Positions 48,128 to 58,138 are shown, counted from the first letter of the stretch. The stretch: 64,000 nucleotides of DNA from Candidatus Zixiibacteriota bacterium (GCA_029860345.1 JAOUBJ010000011.1:64303-128302); one strand, 5' to 3'. Notes: generated from the letters alone by a model not told the origin. Made by a program: numbers and translations.

Positions 48128-48246
48128 TCCAACGCCGTAAGACGCTGCCCCGCAATCACTTAACATTTATCTTGCGCTGAGAAATCCTGGAACTAAATTG
48201 TAGTTGTCGGGTACTAAGAGATAAGAACCGATCAAAGAAGGTATAG

Positions 48247-48852
48247 ATGGCAAAGAAAACCGAAAAAGAAATCGACTTTGAACTGATCAGAGCAATCCAG
48301 AACGGCGATATGGTAGCCTTCAACGGTATGGTCGAGCGGTACAAAGACCGCTTGATGAATGTCATCGGGCGCATGCTGTCATCAACTGAAGAAGCCGAAG
48401 ATATCGTTCAGGAAACCTTTATCAGAGTCTATCAGCACCGTCAATCGTTCAATTTCCAGCACTGTTTCTCAACCTGGATTTATACGATTGCGCTGAACTT
48501 AGCCCGCAACGAACTGCGCAAACGCAAGAAATTCAAGTTCCTGGACATTTTCGACATGCAAGGCTCCGAAGCCGAATTTGCCGTCGATCCGGAACTGCCC
48601 AGTCGATTGCCACAGGTTTTGGAAGCAGCCGTAAAAGCGCTACCGGAAAAGTACCGGACAGCTTTCCTGCTCAGAGATGTTCAGGAAATGTCTTATGAAG
48701 AAGTGGCCAAGATTCTTGGTGTCCCCCTGGGCACCGTTAAGTCGCGGGTCAACCGGGCTCGCATGATACTCAGAGAAAAACTTCAACCCAGAATGGAGGA
48801 ATACAATGCGTTGTCGAAAGGTACGCTCCTTCCTGTCAGCTTATTGTCGTGA
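48247..48852 (+). CDS. ECF-subfamily RNA polymerase sigma-70 factor
   Basis: Region 2 'AEDIVQETFIRVYQH' and region 4 'AFLLRDVQEMSYEEVAKILGVPLGTVKSRVNRAR'. Confidence 0.85.
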   Translation: MAKKTEKEIDFELIRAIQNGDMVAFNGMVERYKDRLMNVIGRMLSSTEEAEDIVQETFIRVYQHRQSFNFQHCFSTWIYTIALNLARNELRKRKKFKFLDIFDMQGSEAEFAVDPELPSRLPQVLEAAVKALPEKYRTAFLLRDVQEMSYEEVAKILGVPLGTVKSRVNRARMILREKLQPRMEEYNALSKGTLLPVSLLS

Positions 48853-49501
48853 CGAACTGGAAGGTCGTCAGCGGCGTCAGGTGAGCGATCATCTTTTGGC
48901 TTGCCGCAGTTGTCGCACTCAGGAAACGTTTTATAGTAGCCTGAGCACGGCGTCGACTGAGATATCCTCCCTGAAAGTCTCGAACGATTTCAACCAGAAG
49001 CTTTTGCAGCGGGTAGCCAAGGAACGGTTCGCCGAGACCCGCACCAAAGCCTTCCTGGCCCGGGAAGCACCGCTGGTTATGTGGCGCAAGGTAGTGCCTG
49101 TGGCCGCTACTGCCTGTGTTGCCGTACTTGCCTTTATTGCCACCATGTCTCCGGTTTTTGACTCCGGCACACCCGAGTATGCCAACATCAACAACCAGAC
49201 CGGTGAAGATTACATGACGGTGCAACCGACAGCCAACCCGAACCTGGCTGTCCAGCTCAAGGATGACTGGTCGCTTGAAAACCAATTGGCCAAGGCGGAG
49301 CGGTTTCACCGTATCAGCAATAGTGTGATCCCGGCGTCCGGTTTCACGCAGCCGGGGTACTCAGGCGGGTTGAACAGTCTCACCTCCTCCGGTAAACGTC
49401 CGGCTCCGTTTGTGGCCAATTACTTTCGAGTACGTCCGGTGGTGAGGATCTATGTAGTTCCTCAGCCATCGACCGTTAAGGAGGGCTCGCACGCTTACTA
49501 A
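48806..49501 (+). CDS. anti-sigma factor (zf-HC2 type) with one TM segment
   Basis: 'HLLACRSCR' is the H-x3-C-x2-C motif. TM 'VVPVAATACVAVLAFIATM'. GGAGGA Shine-Dalgarno 5 nt upstream of the ATG. Overlaps the end of the sigma gene. Confidence 0.75.
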   Translation: MRCRKVRSFLSAYCRDELEGRQRRQVSDHLLACRSCRTQETFYSSLSTASTEISSLKVSNDFNQKLLQRVAKERFAETRTKAFLAREAPLVMWRKVVPVAATACVAVLAFIATMSPVFDSGTPEYANINNQTGEDYMTVQPTANPNLAVQLKDDWSLENQLAKAERFHRISNSVIPASGFTQPGYSGGLNSLTSSGKRPAPFVANYFRVRPVVRIYVVPQPSTVKEGSHAY

Positions 49502-49502
49502 C

Positions 49503-50687
49503 TTGATAAAGTTGTTACCTCTAACCGCCGGACGGACCGTTGTGTGTCTTCTGGCGGTCTTTTTTGCCGGGTCCTCCCATGCCGCCGACAGCTCCCTGGT
49601 CTCGCTGGAGAGCAGCCTGAGTGATCTGATCAGAGACATATCTCGTTCAGTAGTGACAGTCGAGAGTTCCCGATCGGTCCCCGGAGATATGCTTGAAGGG
49701 GCGGCCGATGAAGCTGTGCACCGCCTGATTTCGTCCGGAACGATAATCGACAGCGCCGGACATATCCTGGTAGCGGCATCGACGGTGGCCGGGTATGATC
49801 GGATTTTAGTCAATTTCGAAGATCAACAACTGCCGGCGCGATTGGTAGGTATCGACTACCACACCGGGCTGGCCCTATTGTCCCTGGATAGGCCGATAGG
49901 AGAACCGTCGAGGTTCACCGACCGTCATACCTGTGTCGGCCAAATGGTCGTGGCCGTCGGCAACGCCTATGGTTTGCACGCCTGCGCTACGCTCGGCTTC
50001 TGCGCCGGTTCGCGACCTGACGGTTCTATGCAATTCTCGGCGGCAATAACACCCGGCACGGTCGGAGGTGGCGTGTTTGATTTGAGAGGACGTCTGCTGG
50101 GTGTGGTGATCGGCGGATTCGGTCAGGGAAGGCTCTCCGAAACCGGGCTGGCTGTCCCGGCTCACCAACTTCCCTCCACCGTCTACGAACTTCTCACCGG
50201 CGGCGATCGACGGGCCGGCTATATCGGTATCACCACAGCTGATATCGAGATTTCACCGGGGATCGCTTTGTCGGCACCCTACCAACTGGCCTCATCCGGG
50301 GCTCATCGGCAAGTGATCGTAGACAGAGGCACAATCGTCACGCAAGTAGTGGGGAAGTCACCGGCCGCCGCTTCGGGCTTGCGCAAAGGGGACCTGTTGT
50401 TCTCTATCGACAAAACGCCGATCAACTCTGCTTTTGAACTCATGGATCGGGTTAGGCTCTGTCCGCCGGGCGGTGCTATCGAACTGGGTTTCATCCGGCA
50501 TCAGCGGGCTTACTATGTCAAGTTGAACGTCGGACAACGCGAACTGGCGACAGTGGGGGATTTCGCCGTTGGCCGTCAGGTCGACGCTACCAATGGACTG
50601 AGCCGAGAAGAACTCTACCGTGAAGTTCAACGCTTGAAACGTTCCATGATGCTGCTTGAAAAGCAGTTGGAGCGCCTCGGACCGTAA
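49503..50687 (+). CDS. HtrA/DegS-like trypsin-fold + PDZ protein lacking the catalytic triad (pseudoprotease)
   Basis: Aligns by eye to DegP: 'SSGTIIDSAGHILVAASTV' (His to Ser), 'DYHTGLALLSL' (Asp to Gly), 'ITPGTVGGGVFDLRGRLLGVV' (GNSGG Ser to Val). PDZ region 'GKSPAAASGLRKGDLLFSID'. Signal peptide present. Confidence 0.7.
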   Translation: MIKLLPLTAGRTVVCLLAVFFAGSSHAADSSLVSLESSLSDLIRDISRSVVTVESSRSVPGDMLEGAADEAVHRLISSGTIIDSAGHILVAASTVAGYDRILVNFEDQQLPARLVGIDYHTGLALLSLDRPIGEPSRFTDRHTCVGQMVVAVGNAYGLHACATLGFCAGSRPDGSMQFSAAITPGTVGGGVFDLRGRLLGVVIGGFGQGRLSETGLAVPAHQLPSTVYELLTGGDRRAGYIGITTADIEISPGIALSAPYQLASSGAHRQVIVDRGTIVTQVVGKSPAAASGLRKGDLLFSIDKTPINSAFELMDRVRLCPPGGAIELGFIRHQRAYYVKLNVGQRELATVGDFAVGRQVDATNGLSREELYREVQRLKRSMMLLEKQLERLGP

Positions 50688-50730
50688 TTCAATATTGCCA
50701 TACGACTCTCCCTTGACTAACTTACAAGGG

Positions 50731-51402
50731 ATGAATAATACCGTTTATCCGGAGAAGTTTCTTAGCTGGGCAGCTTCGTTTCGTACCGGGGAGGATGCTG
50801 TCTCAAGATCGCTGGCCGGATACGCCGCAGCCATCGCCTTGGCCGATGAGCCGTGCCTTGATAGGGCCGTGCGGTTGGGCCGGGATCACTCGGTCGGCCA
50901 CAGTGGATTCTATGAGATTGTTTTGCAGTCGTACCTCTTTCTCGGTTTCCCCCGAATGCTGCTGGCTGCCGAACACCTGGCCGGCTGCTTTTCAGACGTT
51001 TGCATGCCCCCGCAAACCAAAGCGGTGACTACAGACGAGTCCCACCGCTGGTACCAAAACGGCATGGCCCTATGTGAGCGTGTCTATGGCGACTCCTTTG
51101 AACCACTACGAGAGCATGTCGAATCGGTAGCTCCTGAGGTCTTCCGCTGGATGATAGTAGAGGGCTACGGCAAGGTGCTCTCCCGCCCCGGCCTGACCGC
51201 TGTGGATCGTGAACTGGCCGTGGTAGCCAGTTTGCTTATCGACAACAGGCCGCGTCAACTGCACTCACACCTGAAAGGGGCATCAAATGTGGGAGCCGAT
51301 ACCGATCTGATTCGTAGAATTATTGAAGACCACAAAGAGACCGCCCCGACCGGATACCGGACAGCGGTATCAATGCTGGACAGGATTAACGGCTCATGCT
51401 GA
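50731..51402 (+). CDS. carboxymuconolactone decarboxylase (CMD/AhpD-like) family protein
   Basis: 'LTAVDRELAVVASLLIDNRPRQLHSHLKGASNVGADTDLIRRIIE' fits the CMD-family helix pattern. ATG at 50731 preferred to the overlapping start at 50656. Confidence 0.55.
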   Translation: MNNTVYPEKFLSWAASFRTGEDAVSRSLAGYAAAIALADEPCLDRAVRLGRDHSVGHSGFYEIVLQSYLFLGFPRMLLAAEHLAGCFSDVCMPPQTKAVTTDESHRWYQNGMALCERVYGDSFEPLREHVESVAPEVFRWMIVEGYGKVLSRPGLTAVDRELAVVASLLIDNRPRQLHSHLKGASNVGADTDLIRRIIEDHKETAPTGYRTAVSMLDRINGSC

Positions 51403-54400
51403 AACGCCTCGCACAGATTTCCGTCATCCTCCTTGCCCTGGGCATTGTCTGCGTGGCTGGTATTCTGATCTATCTATTTGCATTGGACGGCCTGGAATCT
51501 ATTATCAATAGTCGTTTGTCGGCGATGGTGGATGACAGGTATCACCTGGAGGCTCGTGTCGGCGAGGTATCCGGGGACATCTGGAGCGGGATCGTTCTTG
51601 ATAATGTCGAAGTCCGATATGTCGATTCGCTCCGTAGCTACTTGATGGCCGACATTCCCCGCGTCACCACCGGATATGCAATATCCAACCTATGGAATCG
51701 CAATTTTCTCCTGAAATACTTGTTTGTCGATTCAGCCAGGGTCACATTGGTTCGCGACAGCCTGGGCGACTGGCTGCTCCCCCAGGTGCCGGTGTCATCG
51801 GACTCCAGTCAGGTTTCATCGCCGGATTTCGCTGTGGAGATGTTGAGTCTGAACGATGCATCGCTGAGGATTATAGATAAGAACGATACTCTTGAGGTCG
51901 AACGGATCAATCTGGTGCTGGAGTTGAAGTCCTCGGGTGGCACTTACGGCGTCAAGGTCAATCAGTTTGAGTTCGGATCGGATGACTCGCTGTTACATCT
52001 CGATGCCTTCAGCGGCAAGTTGACATACGGTGGCGGGCAACTCATGTTCGAGAACCTGCTGCTGCAATCCGATAAGACCCATCTGAAACTCAACGGTAAT
52101 CTCACCACCGCCGATCCTATCTCAGCCTTGATCGATTTCGACATCAACAATGCCGATCTGGAGAAGTTATCTTCGTTCACCAAACGACGCCTGAAGGGTG
52201 TTCTTGATCTCAACGGACAGGTGCGACTGAAGAACGGCGGTGTCAGCGGAAGTGTCAATCTCGGCGGAGAACTCAGACCGGCCTCGTTTGAGAATCTCCA
52301 TGCCGACTTTCGCTATCGGGACAAGCGACTGTACTTCGACAGCCTCTATGGGACCATACTTGGAACATGCAGCGTGGACGGCTCAGGCGAGATCGATTTT
52401 TCGGTCAGCCCGCAGCAATATCGTCTGACAGCCGACATCCGGGACTTCAACCTCAAAGAACTGGTTAAGAACGCCTACCTTTCGTCATTGAACGGTCGGA
52501 TCGATTTACGGGGCGAATCGTTTCGCAAAGAAGAACTCATTCTCCGGATAGAGACCGAACTGTTTGATTCGGAATTTCACGAGTACCATTTCCACCGGGC
52601 CGACGGAGAACTGGTTGTCACACGAGACTCGCTTGTATTTGGACAGGGATTTCAGTTCGACTACTTTGAAAACAGACTGGAACTGGCCGGACGGGTGGAG
52701 TACAAAGATAGTATCGACCTGAAGGTTGAAGCCGACCTACCCAATCTCGAACGGTATCAGGGCAAGCTATTCATCGCCCGGCCAGCCGGACGGGCGCAGG
52801 CAAAAGCAACCTTGCGCGGCCGGACCGCCGATCCTGATTTGCAGGGCAGCTTCGAATCCGATTCCCTGTGGCTGTACGGTTTTTTCAGTCGTGACTTTCT
52901 GGCCGATTTCGATATTGGAGAATTCCTGCACGGTCGCGACGGCTTTGTCGAAGTTCATAGTTACGACGGCGAGTCCTACAGCTTGCCTTACGATACATGC
53001 TACGGCCATCTAAGCCTGGATTCTCAGCAAGTGGAGCTTGATAGCGTTTACCTTCACAACAGTTATTCTTCGATCACCACCGGTGGGCATCTTGACTATG
53101 GTGACTATCCGATGAGACTCGACCTGGATACGTTGTCCCTTCAAGTGTTCGAAGTGGCCTACCACAACCGGCTGGCTCTGCAGATTGGAATCGATTCAAC
53201 CGGTTTTGAGTTTCGCCAAACGGCCATCGCCGACAGCGGTTCGGTAATAGCCGTTCGTGGGTACGCCGGTTATGATGAGTCACTGCAACTGACAGTGTTC
53301 GCCGAGGAGGTCCCAGCCGGTCCCTGGATAAGCCTGTTCGATGAAGAACTGCCCTTCGAGGGACGCCTGTCGTGCGAAGTGGAGGTCGGCGGGAATCTCA
53401 ATCGACCACAGTTGGACCTCCGGGCCACCATGGATTCACTCATTTATCGCCAACTGGTCCTGGGCGATCTGGCCGTGGACGCACAGTACCGAAACGGCCG
53501 GCTGGACATCGACAGTATAACGATTCTATCCAACCCCGGCAGGTACCGGGCCGATGGATATCTGCACATGAATCTCGCCTTTACATCAGAAGCGACAGAA
53601 CGCTTCCCGGACCGACCGATGGATATACATTTCACGGCCACCGACAGTCGGTTCGATCTGGTAAGCCTGATGCTGCCCTCGGTGGAGCAACTCGACGGCG
53701 ACTTTGCGGCCGACTTCAGTTTGTCCGGAACGCCCGATGCGCCCAATCTGGAGGGTGAAGCATTCCTTACCGCAGCCAGTCTGAAGTATTTTGATCTTGA
53801 AGACACTCTGTATACGGATTCTGCAGGTGTCACCATGCATAACGATGTAATCGCGATTGAGTTGATTGAGGCTCATGGGCCTGATGATGATCAACCGGTC
53901 TTTCTCAACGGCGAGATACAGGTCAAGTCGCTGGACAACCTGTATTACGATGTTGATGTGTCCATCCCCAAACCGTTCCCGCTCTCCTACGAACTGGACG
54001 ACATAACCGGCAAGGCCAAAGCGCTGTTACATGTCGGTGGCGATAGTCCGCCCAGGGTGACCGGGAATGTGGAGTTGGTATCTATGAAGTACCTGGTCAA
54101 TTTTGCCGAGGAGAGCGAAGGTTCACCTATCATGGCGGCGCTGGCCATGGAAAACAGTTGGGACCTGGATTTGAACATCGACATTCCTTCCAATTACTGG
54201 ATCAAGAACGAGGACATCGATGCCGAGCTGTCCGGCCAGCTCAATCTGGTTCGTGACAACGGTGTTTATCGGTTCATTGGGGAAATGGAGTTTGTACGCG
54301 GCAGCGGTTTCCTCTTTGACAAAAAACTCCATATTGATCAAGGTAGTAAGGTCATTTTCGAAGGCAACGAAGAACTCAATCCACAACTGGATATCGTCGG

Positions 54401-54923
54401 TCGAACGCGAATCATGGGTGAAAGCCAATCCCCCATCGACGGCGAGGAAGCGACGCGTGAGGAAATCGAACTGTGCGTTCAGGTCATCGGGACACTGGAC
54501 ACGCCGGAGATCAATCCGTGTGCCGAATCCCAACTCACGCGCGAGGAGATTATCCCTCTGTTAGTCGCCAACTACTACACTTCTGATTCGGTGACGGCAA
54601 CGGGCAGGCTGGAGCAAAGTATTTCGGGGCTGGTCGGCACCGAGATTTCAAAGATCGGTAGCCGCAGCCTGAACAGGCTGGGTGTGGAAACTTTTGTGAT
54701 CGATCCATACTACCAAGGCCAGTTCGATCCCTTGAAAGCGCGCGTAACAGTCGGCTTCTACACTGCACGAAATCTGTACGTCTACGGCAGTTCGGCGCTG
54801 TCATTTGAGTCTTTGCAGGAAGTCGGGTTCGATTATCGTTTTAACAAGAACATGCTTCTTGAAGGTCGTTCCGATGAAGACTTGCTCTATCGTCTGGCTC
54901 TCAAACTTCATTGGGAATTCTGA
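51396..54923 (+). CDS. tamB: translocation and assembly module protein TamB (DUF490/AsmA-like)
   Basis: 1175 aa. N-terminal signal anchor 'ISVILLALGIVCVAGILIYLF'. Long beta-rich repeats. C-terminal DUF490-like end '...GFDYRFNKNMLLEGRSDEDLLYRLALKLHWEF'. Adjacent to an Omp85 gene. Confidence 0.8.
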   Translation: MLKRLAQISVILLALGIVCVAGILIYLFALDGLESIINSRLSAMVDDRYHLEARVGEVSGDIWSGIVLDNVEVRYVDSLRSYLMADIPRVTTGYAISNLWNRNFLLKYLFVDSARVTLVRDSLGDWLLPQVPVSSDSSQVSSPDFAVEMLSLNDASLRIIDKNDTLEVERINLVLELKSSGGTYGVKVNQFEFGSDDSLLHLDAFSGKLTYGGGQLMFENLLLQSDKTHLKLNGNLTTADPISALIDFDINNADLEKLSSFTKRRLKGVLDLNGQVRLKNGGVSGSVNLGGELRPASFENLHADFRYRDKRLYFDSLYGTILGTCSVDGSGEIDFSVSPQQYRLTADIRDFNLKELVKNAYLSSLNGRIDLRGESFRKEELILRIETELFDSEFHEYHFHRADGELVVTRDSLVFGQGFQFDYFENRLELAGRVEYKDSIDLKVEADLPNLERYQGKLFIARPAGRAQAKATLRGRTADPDLQGSFESDSLWLYGFFSRDFLADFDIGEFLHGRDGFVEVHSYDGESYSLPYDTCYGHLSLDSQQVELDSVYLHNSYSSITTGGHLDYGDYPMRLDLDTLSLQVFEVAYHNRLALQIGIDSTGFEFRQTAIADSGSVIAVRGYAGYDESLQLTVFAEEVPAGPWISLFDEELPFEGRLSCEVEVGGNLNRPQLDLRATMDSLIYRQLVLGDLAVDAQYRNGRLDIDSITILSNPGRYRADGYLHMNLAFTSEATERFPDRPMDIHFTATDSRFDLVSLMLPSVEQLDGDFAADFSLSGTPDAPNLEGEAFLTAASLKYFDLEDTLYTDSAGVTMHNDVIAIELIEAHGPDDDQPVFLNGEIQVKSLDNLYYDVDVSIPKPFPLSYELDDITGKAKALLHVGGDSPPRVTGNVELVSMKYLVNFAEESEGSPIMAALAMENSWDLDLNIDIPSNYWIKNEDIDAELSGQLNLVRDNGVYRFIGEMEFVRGSGFLFDKKLHIDQGSKVIFEGNEELNPQLDIVGRTRIMGESQSPIDGEEATREEIELCVQVIGTLDTPEINPCAESQLTREEIIPLLVANYYTSDSVTATGRLEQSISGLVGTEISKIGSRSLNRLGVETFVIDPYYQGQFDPLKARVTVGFYTARNLYVYGSSALSFESLQEVGFDYRFNKNMLLEGRSDEDLLYRLALKLHWEF

Positions 54924-56848
54924 TGATGAGAAAGCTGGTACTGTTCTTCATACTGGCCGCATCCTCCGCACTTGCCCAGTCGGACACCAGGGACGAGAGG
55001 CTATGGCTGCGTTGGATGCGTGACAAACCTGCCATCAGCGCGATCACGGTCGAAGGCAACCAGTACTTTTCAGATAGTGAAATCAAGAAACGCATGTACT
55101 CGCGCACCCGTTCCCTGTGGGGCACATTAAAGGGGGACCGCCGGACTCGTCTTCAACGCGAATCAATCGGTCGCGACACGCTGGAGATAAAGTACCTGTA
55201 CTTTACCAATGGATACTTAGGCGTCCAGGTGGAAGAATCTGTCGACAGAGACCCGGTGGACTCATCCGCACATCTCAAAGTCGGAATATCCGAAGGCCGT
55301 CGCTGCTTCTATGGTGTCAAGTCGTTTTCCGGCGAGTACGACCGGGACCTGCATGTCGGTCTTTATAAGATCGGTGAACGTCTCAAGCCGGGGAAACCGA
55401 TAAACCTGTTTGAACTGCGCCGAGCAGCCTTTGACATGAAGACGATCTTCGCCAACAACGGCTACCCCTACGCCAAGGTCGACTTTGTGCTGGATTCCAG
55501 TTCATCGGACGGCTCCTATCCGGTGCTCTTTCAGATTGACGGTGACGAGTTGGTTACGTTCGGCGCCGTGACACCGGTCGGCACTAAACGATATCCGGCC
55601 TACACGGTCAGGAGAGAGTCGCGGATTAAACCCGGCGCTCTTTACCGCCGTCGGGATATTATCGATACGCGCATCCGGCTGTTGGAGGCAGGATACTTCA
55701 GCACTGCATCGATCGTGATGAGCGAAAACTCTACGGACAGTCTCAAACCGGAGATGGAACTGCGTGTCCGCGAACGTAAACCGATGTTCTTCACCTTCAA
55801 GACCGGCGCCGGGCAGTCGCACATACGTGATATCGAATGGGATGTGTCATCGACCTTTGGCGGCCGAAACCTGTTTGGATCGCGTCATTACGATTTGTCG
55901 GCCGGGCTGAAGTTCGGCGTCGATAACGGCGTCAACCTGCTTGAACATGTATACCGTGTTCGCCTCACCGAACCCTGGCTTCTGGGCACGCGCATGCCGC
56001 TGACCCTTTCAGCCGTTTGGGAACCAGGCGTGAAAGACCCGGAGCAAAACTACCGGATAGAGTCCTGGTCGCTGGCTATGTCTTCGATCAAGAAATTCAC
56101 GAGAGAGACGCGGGCCTCGGCCGGAATCGAGTATGAGTCGGTAAGGATTTTTGGAGTTCCGGACAATGAAGTACAGTTCTTGAAAGATGAACAGGGAATC
56201 GTGGTTCGTCGCAACATCTATCTGGCTCTTCGTCGGGACAGTCGTGATCACATCTTCATCCCGCGCCGAGGATCCCTCACCGATGTGCGAGCGGAGTTCT
56301 ATGGCGGCTTTCTGGGCGGCGATAACCATTTCACCAAGCTCGAGGCCAGTTGGTCCAGTTTCCAGGTGGTCTGGCCGGGATGGATCTCAGCCACTCGGAT
56401 CAAGTCAGGCTGGACGCAGCAGTTCAGTCCGTCAAAGGAAGTGCCGATCATAGATCGATTCTATCTCGGCGGCGCCAACAGTATTCGCGGTTTCAAAGTC
56501 AACTCGCTGGGACCAACGCTTGCAGACGGCACTTTAGAGAAAGCTAATTTCATCGCCCTGTTCAACCAGGAGTTTCGCTGGCATACTTTCCAACTCTTCC
56601 AATTCATCCCCGGTCTGAAAGGGTGGCTTGGCGCCTGGCCTTTGTGGCAGTCGATCTTTTTCGACATGGGCAACGGCTATCGCAAACCAGAGGAGATTTC
56701 CTGGCGGAGCCTCGCCTACAGCTACGGCACTGGCATTCAGATCGTCTCGCCGGCCGGACCGATCAGGGTCGACTATGCACGACGGATCAAGACTCGGACG
56801 ATAGATTTTGACTATCGTTGGCATTTTAGTATATTGTATGCTTTCTAG
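54923..56848 (+). CDS. Omp85-family outer-membrane protein (TamA/BamA-like, short POTRA region)
   Basis: Signal peptide 'LVLFFILAASSALAQ'. POTRA-like 'ISAITVEGNQYFSDSEIKK'. Barrel motifs 'RFYLGGANSIRGF'. Terminal '...WHFSILYAF'. The ATG at 54923 overlaps the tamB TGA. Confidence 0.8.
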   Translation: MMRKLVLFFILAASSALAQSDTRDERLWLRWMRDKPAISAITVEGNQYFSDSEIKKRMYSRTRSLWGTLKGDRRTRLQRESIGRDTLEIKYLYFTNGYLGVQVEESVDRDPVDSSAHLKVGISEGRRCFYGVKSFSGEYDRDLHVGLYKIGERLKPGKPINLFELRRAAFDMKTIFANNGYPYAKVDFVLDSSSSDGSYPVLFQIDGDELVTFGAVTPVGTKRYPAYTVRRESRIKPGALYRRRDIIDTRIRLLEAGYFSTASIVMSENSTDSLKPEMELRVRERKPMFFTFKTGAGQSHIRDIEWDVSSTFGGRNLFGSRHYDLSAGLKFGVDNGVNLLEHVYRVRLTEPWLLGTRMPLTLSAVWEPGVKDPEQNYRIESWSLAMSSIKKFTRETRASAGIEYESVRIFGVPDNEVQFLKDEQGIVVRRNIYLALRRDSRDHIFIPRRGSLTDVRAEFYGGFLGGDNHFTKLEASWSSFQVVWPGWISATRIKSGWTQQFSPSKEVPIIDRFYLGGANSIRGFKVNSLGPTLADGTLEKANFIALFNQEFRWHTFQLFQFIPGLKGWLGAWPLWQSIFFDMGNGYRKPEEISWRSLAYSYGTGIQIVSPAGPIRVDYARRIKTRTIDFDYRWHFSILYAF

Positions 56849-56941
56849 CGAAGGTGGCCAAGGCGCCTTCATGGGCCAATGAAAACAACTCTTTTACTGT
56901 TCACAACGTAACAGTTGAAGATGAAATTAGTCTGAGAGAAC

Positions 56942-58111
56942 ATGGAACCAATATATCTCGATCACAACGCCACGACGCCGGTGGACCAGGCCGTAGTAGA
57001 GGCCATGCTGCCATTCCTGAACGAAGATTTCGGCAACGCCAGTTCCGCTCACTCGTTTGGTCGTGACGCCAAGGTTGCCCTGGAACAAGCCAGGGAGATG
57101 ATCGCCGGGATTATCAACTGTCAACCGAACGAATTGTACTTCACCTCAGGCGGTACCGAATCCGACAACATCGCCGTGCTTGGAACGGCCTATCAGTATC
57201 CAAAAAGGAAGCATGTCGTTGTGGGGTCCACCGAGCACCATGCCGTGTTTGAGCCGGCCGAATACCTGCACCATCACGACGGCTACGATCTGGATTTCCT
57301 GCCGGTCGATGTCGAAGGCTTTGCCTCGGCGGAGCAACTAAGCGAATTAGTAAGGGACAACACGGCCATCGTATCGGTGATGCATGCCAACAACGAAACC
57401 GGCGCCATACAAGAGTTGTCCACGCTAACCGAAGTGACTCGGGCGCGCGATATACTGTTTCACACCGATGCAGTGCAGTCTATCGGCAAGATCGTGGTTG
57501 ACGTCAAAACGCTCGGCGTGGATCTGATGTCCCTGACCGGGCACAAGATTTATGGACCCAAGGGGACGGGGGCTTTGTTCGTGCGGCAGGGTGTCAAGAT
57601 TGCTCCTTTGTTCTACGGCGGCGCTCACGAGAAAAAACGGCGACCCGGCACCGAGAACGTCGCCGGCGCGGTCGGGCTGGCCAGGGCGCTCGAAGTAGCC
57701 GAGAAACAGCGTGAAGATGATTTCATACGGCTGTCCAAACTGGCCGATGAGTTTATCGACCGGGTGACTGAGACTATTCCCAATAGTTTTGTCAACAGCC
57801 CGCGCAAACGTCGCATTCCACAGACGGTCAACATGTCTTTCCCCGGCGCTGAGGGAGAGTCGATCATACTCAGTCTTGACCTGAAAGGGATCGCGGCCTC
57901 GTCCGGCTCGGCCTGTACTTCCGGCGCCACCGAACCTTCGCATGTACTGACGGCGATGGGCATACCGCTTGAGCGTGGACAGGCGGCCGTTCGTTTTTCA
58001 CTCGGCCGCGCCACCACCGCTCGGCACCTGGATTATGTCGTCGAGGTGCTTCCCCCGATCATTGAACGGCTGCGCGCCATGTCGCCCACCTACCGACAAA
58101 CTCAGGCTTAG
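56942..58111 (+). CDS. nifS: cysteine desulfurase (NifS/IscS class V aminotransferase)
   Basis: 'MEPIYLDHNATTP', PLP-lysine 'SLTGHKIYGPKG' and active-site 'SSGSACTSG'. Confidence 0.9.
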   Translation: MEPIYLDHNATTPVDQAVVEAMLPFLNEDFGNASSAHSFGRDAKVALEQAREMIAGIINCQPNELYFTSGGTESDNIAVLGTAYQYPKRKHVVVGSTEHHAVFEPAEYLHHHDGYDLDFLPVDVEGFASAEQLSELVRDNTAIVSVMHANNETGAIQELSTLTEVTRARDILFHTDAVQSIGKIVVDVKTLGVDLMSLTGHKIYGPKGTGALFVRQGVKIAPLFYGGAHEKKRRPGTENVAGAVGLARALEVAEKQREDDFIRLSKLADEFIDRVTETIPNSFVNSPRKRRIPQTVNMSFPGAEGESIILSLDLKGIAASSGSACTSGATEPSHVLTAMGIPLERGQAAVRFSLGRATTARHLDYVVEVLPPIIERLRAMSPTYRQTQA

Positions 58112-58138
58112 TATGCCATTGGCCGACGCTACAAATCC

